DNA of 64,000 nucleotides from an uncultured Gammaproteobacteria bacterium (GTDB lineage Bacteria; Patescibacteriota; Microgenomatia; UBA10105; UBA927): NCBI GenBank assembly GCA_964430295.1, contig CAYSEV010000001.1, positions 5,699 to 69,698 of the forward strand, read 5' to 3'. Shown piece by piece: positions 63,479 to 64,000 of this stretch (position 1 is its first letter; each line of letters starts with the position of its first letter). The notes under the pieces were generated by a model. It saw only the letters and a program-made list of their open reading frames with translations, ran no database searches and was not told where the DNA came from. The position numbers and the translations under genes were made by a program.

Positions 63479-64000
63479 TCAGAGAAATATATACTTAAGG
63501 TGTTTATAATATATGATTATTAAGCCGATCGTACAGCTCGCAGCTATAAGTAATAATAATTTTTTAAGCCCCGATGGTTCATAGGAAAATGTTATAGCAT
63601 GTGTACCTTCCGGCACGCTGATTGCGGTATAGAAGGGGAATACTATCATTGTTTTGGCAGGTTTTCCATCTATATACGCTTTCCATCCTGGGTGATACGT
63701 TTGCTTCAGGACCACGACACATTCTGTACAGTTCTTTCCTACTTCTACGGTCGTTGAAAACACCATATCCGTATCTACCGTTTCCGGACCCGTCAGTTTG
63801 ATCGGGAAGTTTCGTTTATCTGATTGAGCGTTATATTGTTCTATTGAAGCTATACCAGGCGGCAGATACACGGGGGGTTCTGTCCAGATATTGTGTTTTT
63901 TGCCATCAGGCGTTATGTAGGTAACTTCATCGAGCATTTTAAAGTTCGGTAATCCAAATGATTTGGGATAGTTTTTATCAAACGTCATCTCAGGGAATAA
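63479..64000 (-). CDS. C-terminal part of a YfhO-like/glycosyltransferase-type polytopic membrane protein. The gene continues beyond the window end.
   Basis: The frame is open to the window edge. The stretch ...VVLKQTYHPGWKAYIDGKPAKTMIVFPFYTAISVPEGTHAITFSYEPSGLKK followed by a terminal hydrophobic helix (LLLLIAASCTIGLIIIYY) matches the conserved C-terminal HPGWKA-x-VDGK...P-x-G-x-H-x-V-x-F-x-Y-x-P module of YfhO/PMT-like membrane proteins. Confidence 0.5.
   Translation of the reverse strand, partial: LFPEMTFDKNYPKSFGLPNFKMLDEVTYITPDGKKHNIWTEPPVYLPPGIASIEQYNAQSDKRNFPIKLTGPETVDTDMVFSTTVEVGKNCTECVVVLKQTYHPGWKAYIDGKPAKTMIVFPFYTAISVPEGTHAITFSYEPSGLKKLLLLIAASCTIGLIIIYYKHLKYIFL

Overview
Two tandem giant ORFs on the + strand fill about 95% of the window, with no in-frame stop in either. 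Giant gene 1 runs 2582..45307 (42,726 nt, 14,241 aa, GTG start). Giant gene 2 runs 45494/45542..63478 (about 18 kb, 5,978-5,994 aa depending on start). A 186-bp very AT-rich spacer separates them. Upstream lie the 3' end of rho (1..386), a LysM-LysM-M23 peptidoglycan peptidase gene (574..1659), two minus-strand tRNA-Ala genes (CGC at 1790..1860, GGC at 1929..1999) joined by a nested inverted-repeat spacer, and a doubtful small membrane ORF. Downstream, a convergent partial gene for a YfhO-like membrane protein C-terminus (63479..64000, -) abuts giant gene 2 stop-to-stop.

Both giant proteins are mosaics. Gene 1 begins with an N-terminal signal anchor, then a Thr/Pro-rich mucin-like linker and tandem Cys-rich mini-modules. 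Several separate transmembrane clusters are strung along kilobases of Ala/Lys/Glu/Gln-rich coiled-coil-like sequence. Its recognisable domains are one FHA domain, two CHAP/NlpC-P60-like Cys...His domains, two PP2C-like domains with substituted metal-binding residues, a kinase-like stretch and two different HExxH domains. Gene 2 carries a class-3 lipase motif (GHSLGG), two HExxH domains paralogous to those in gene 1, and long internal repeats. Both proteins share a recurring Cys-bracketed module, 'C-x2-3-[GT]-x3-4-[LI]-[FL]-G-[RQ]-V-[YF]-A-x-G-x-C' (about 100 aa, six copies), which I do not recognise from any described family.

I see no rRNA, CRISPR array, IS element or integrase. The locus resembles the giant multi-domain envelope proteins reported in uncultivated bacteria (CPR/Omnitrophota-type); that attribution is inference only. 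All domain calls are from motif reading by eye and need HMM or structure confirmation.
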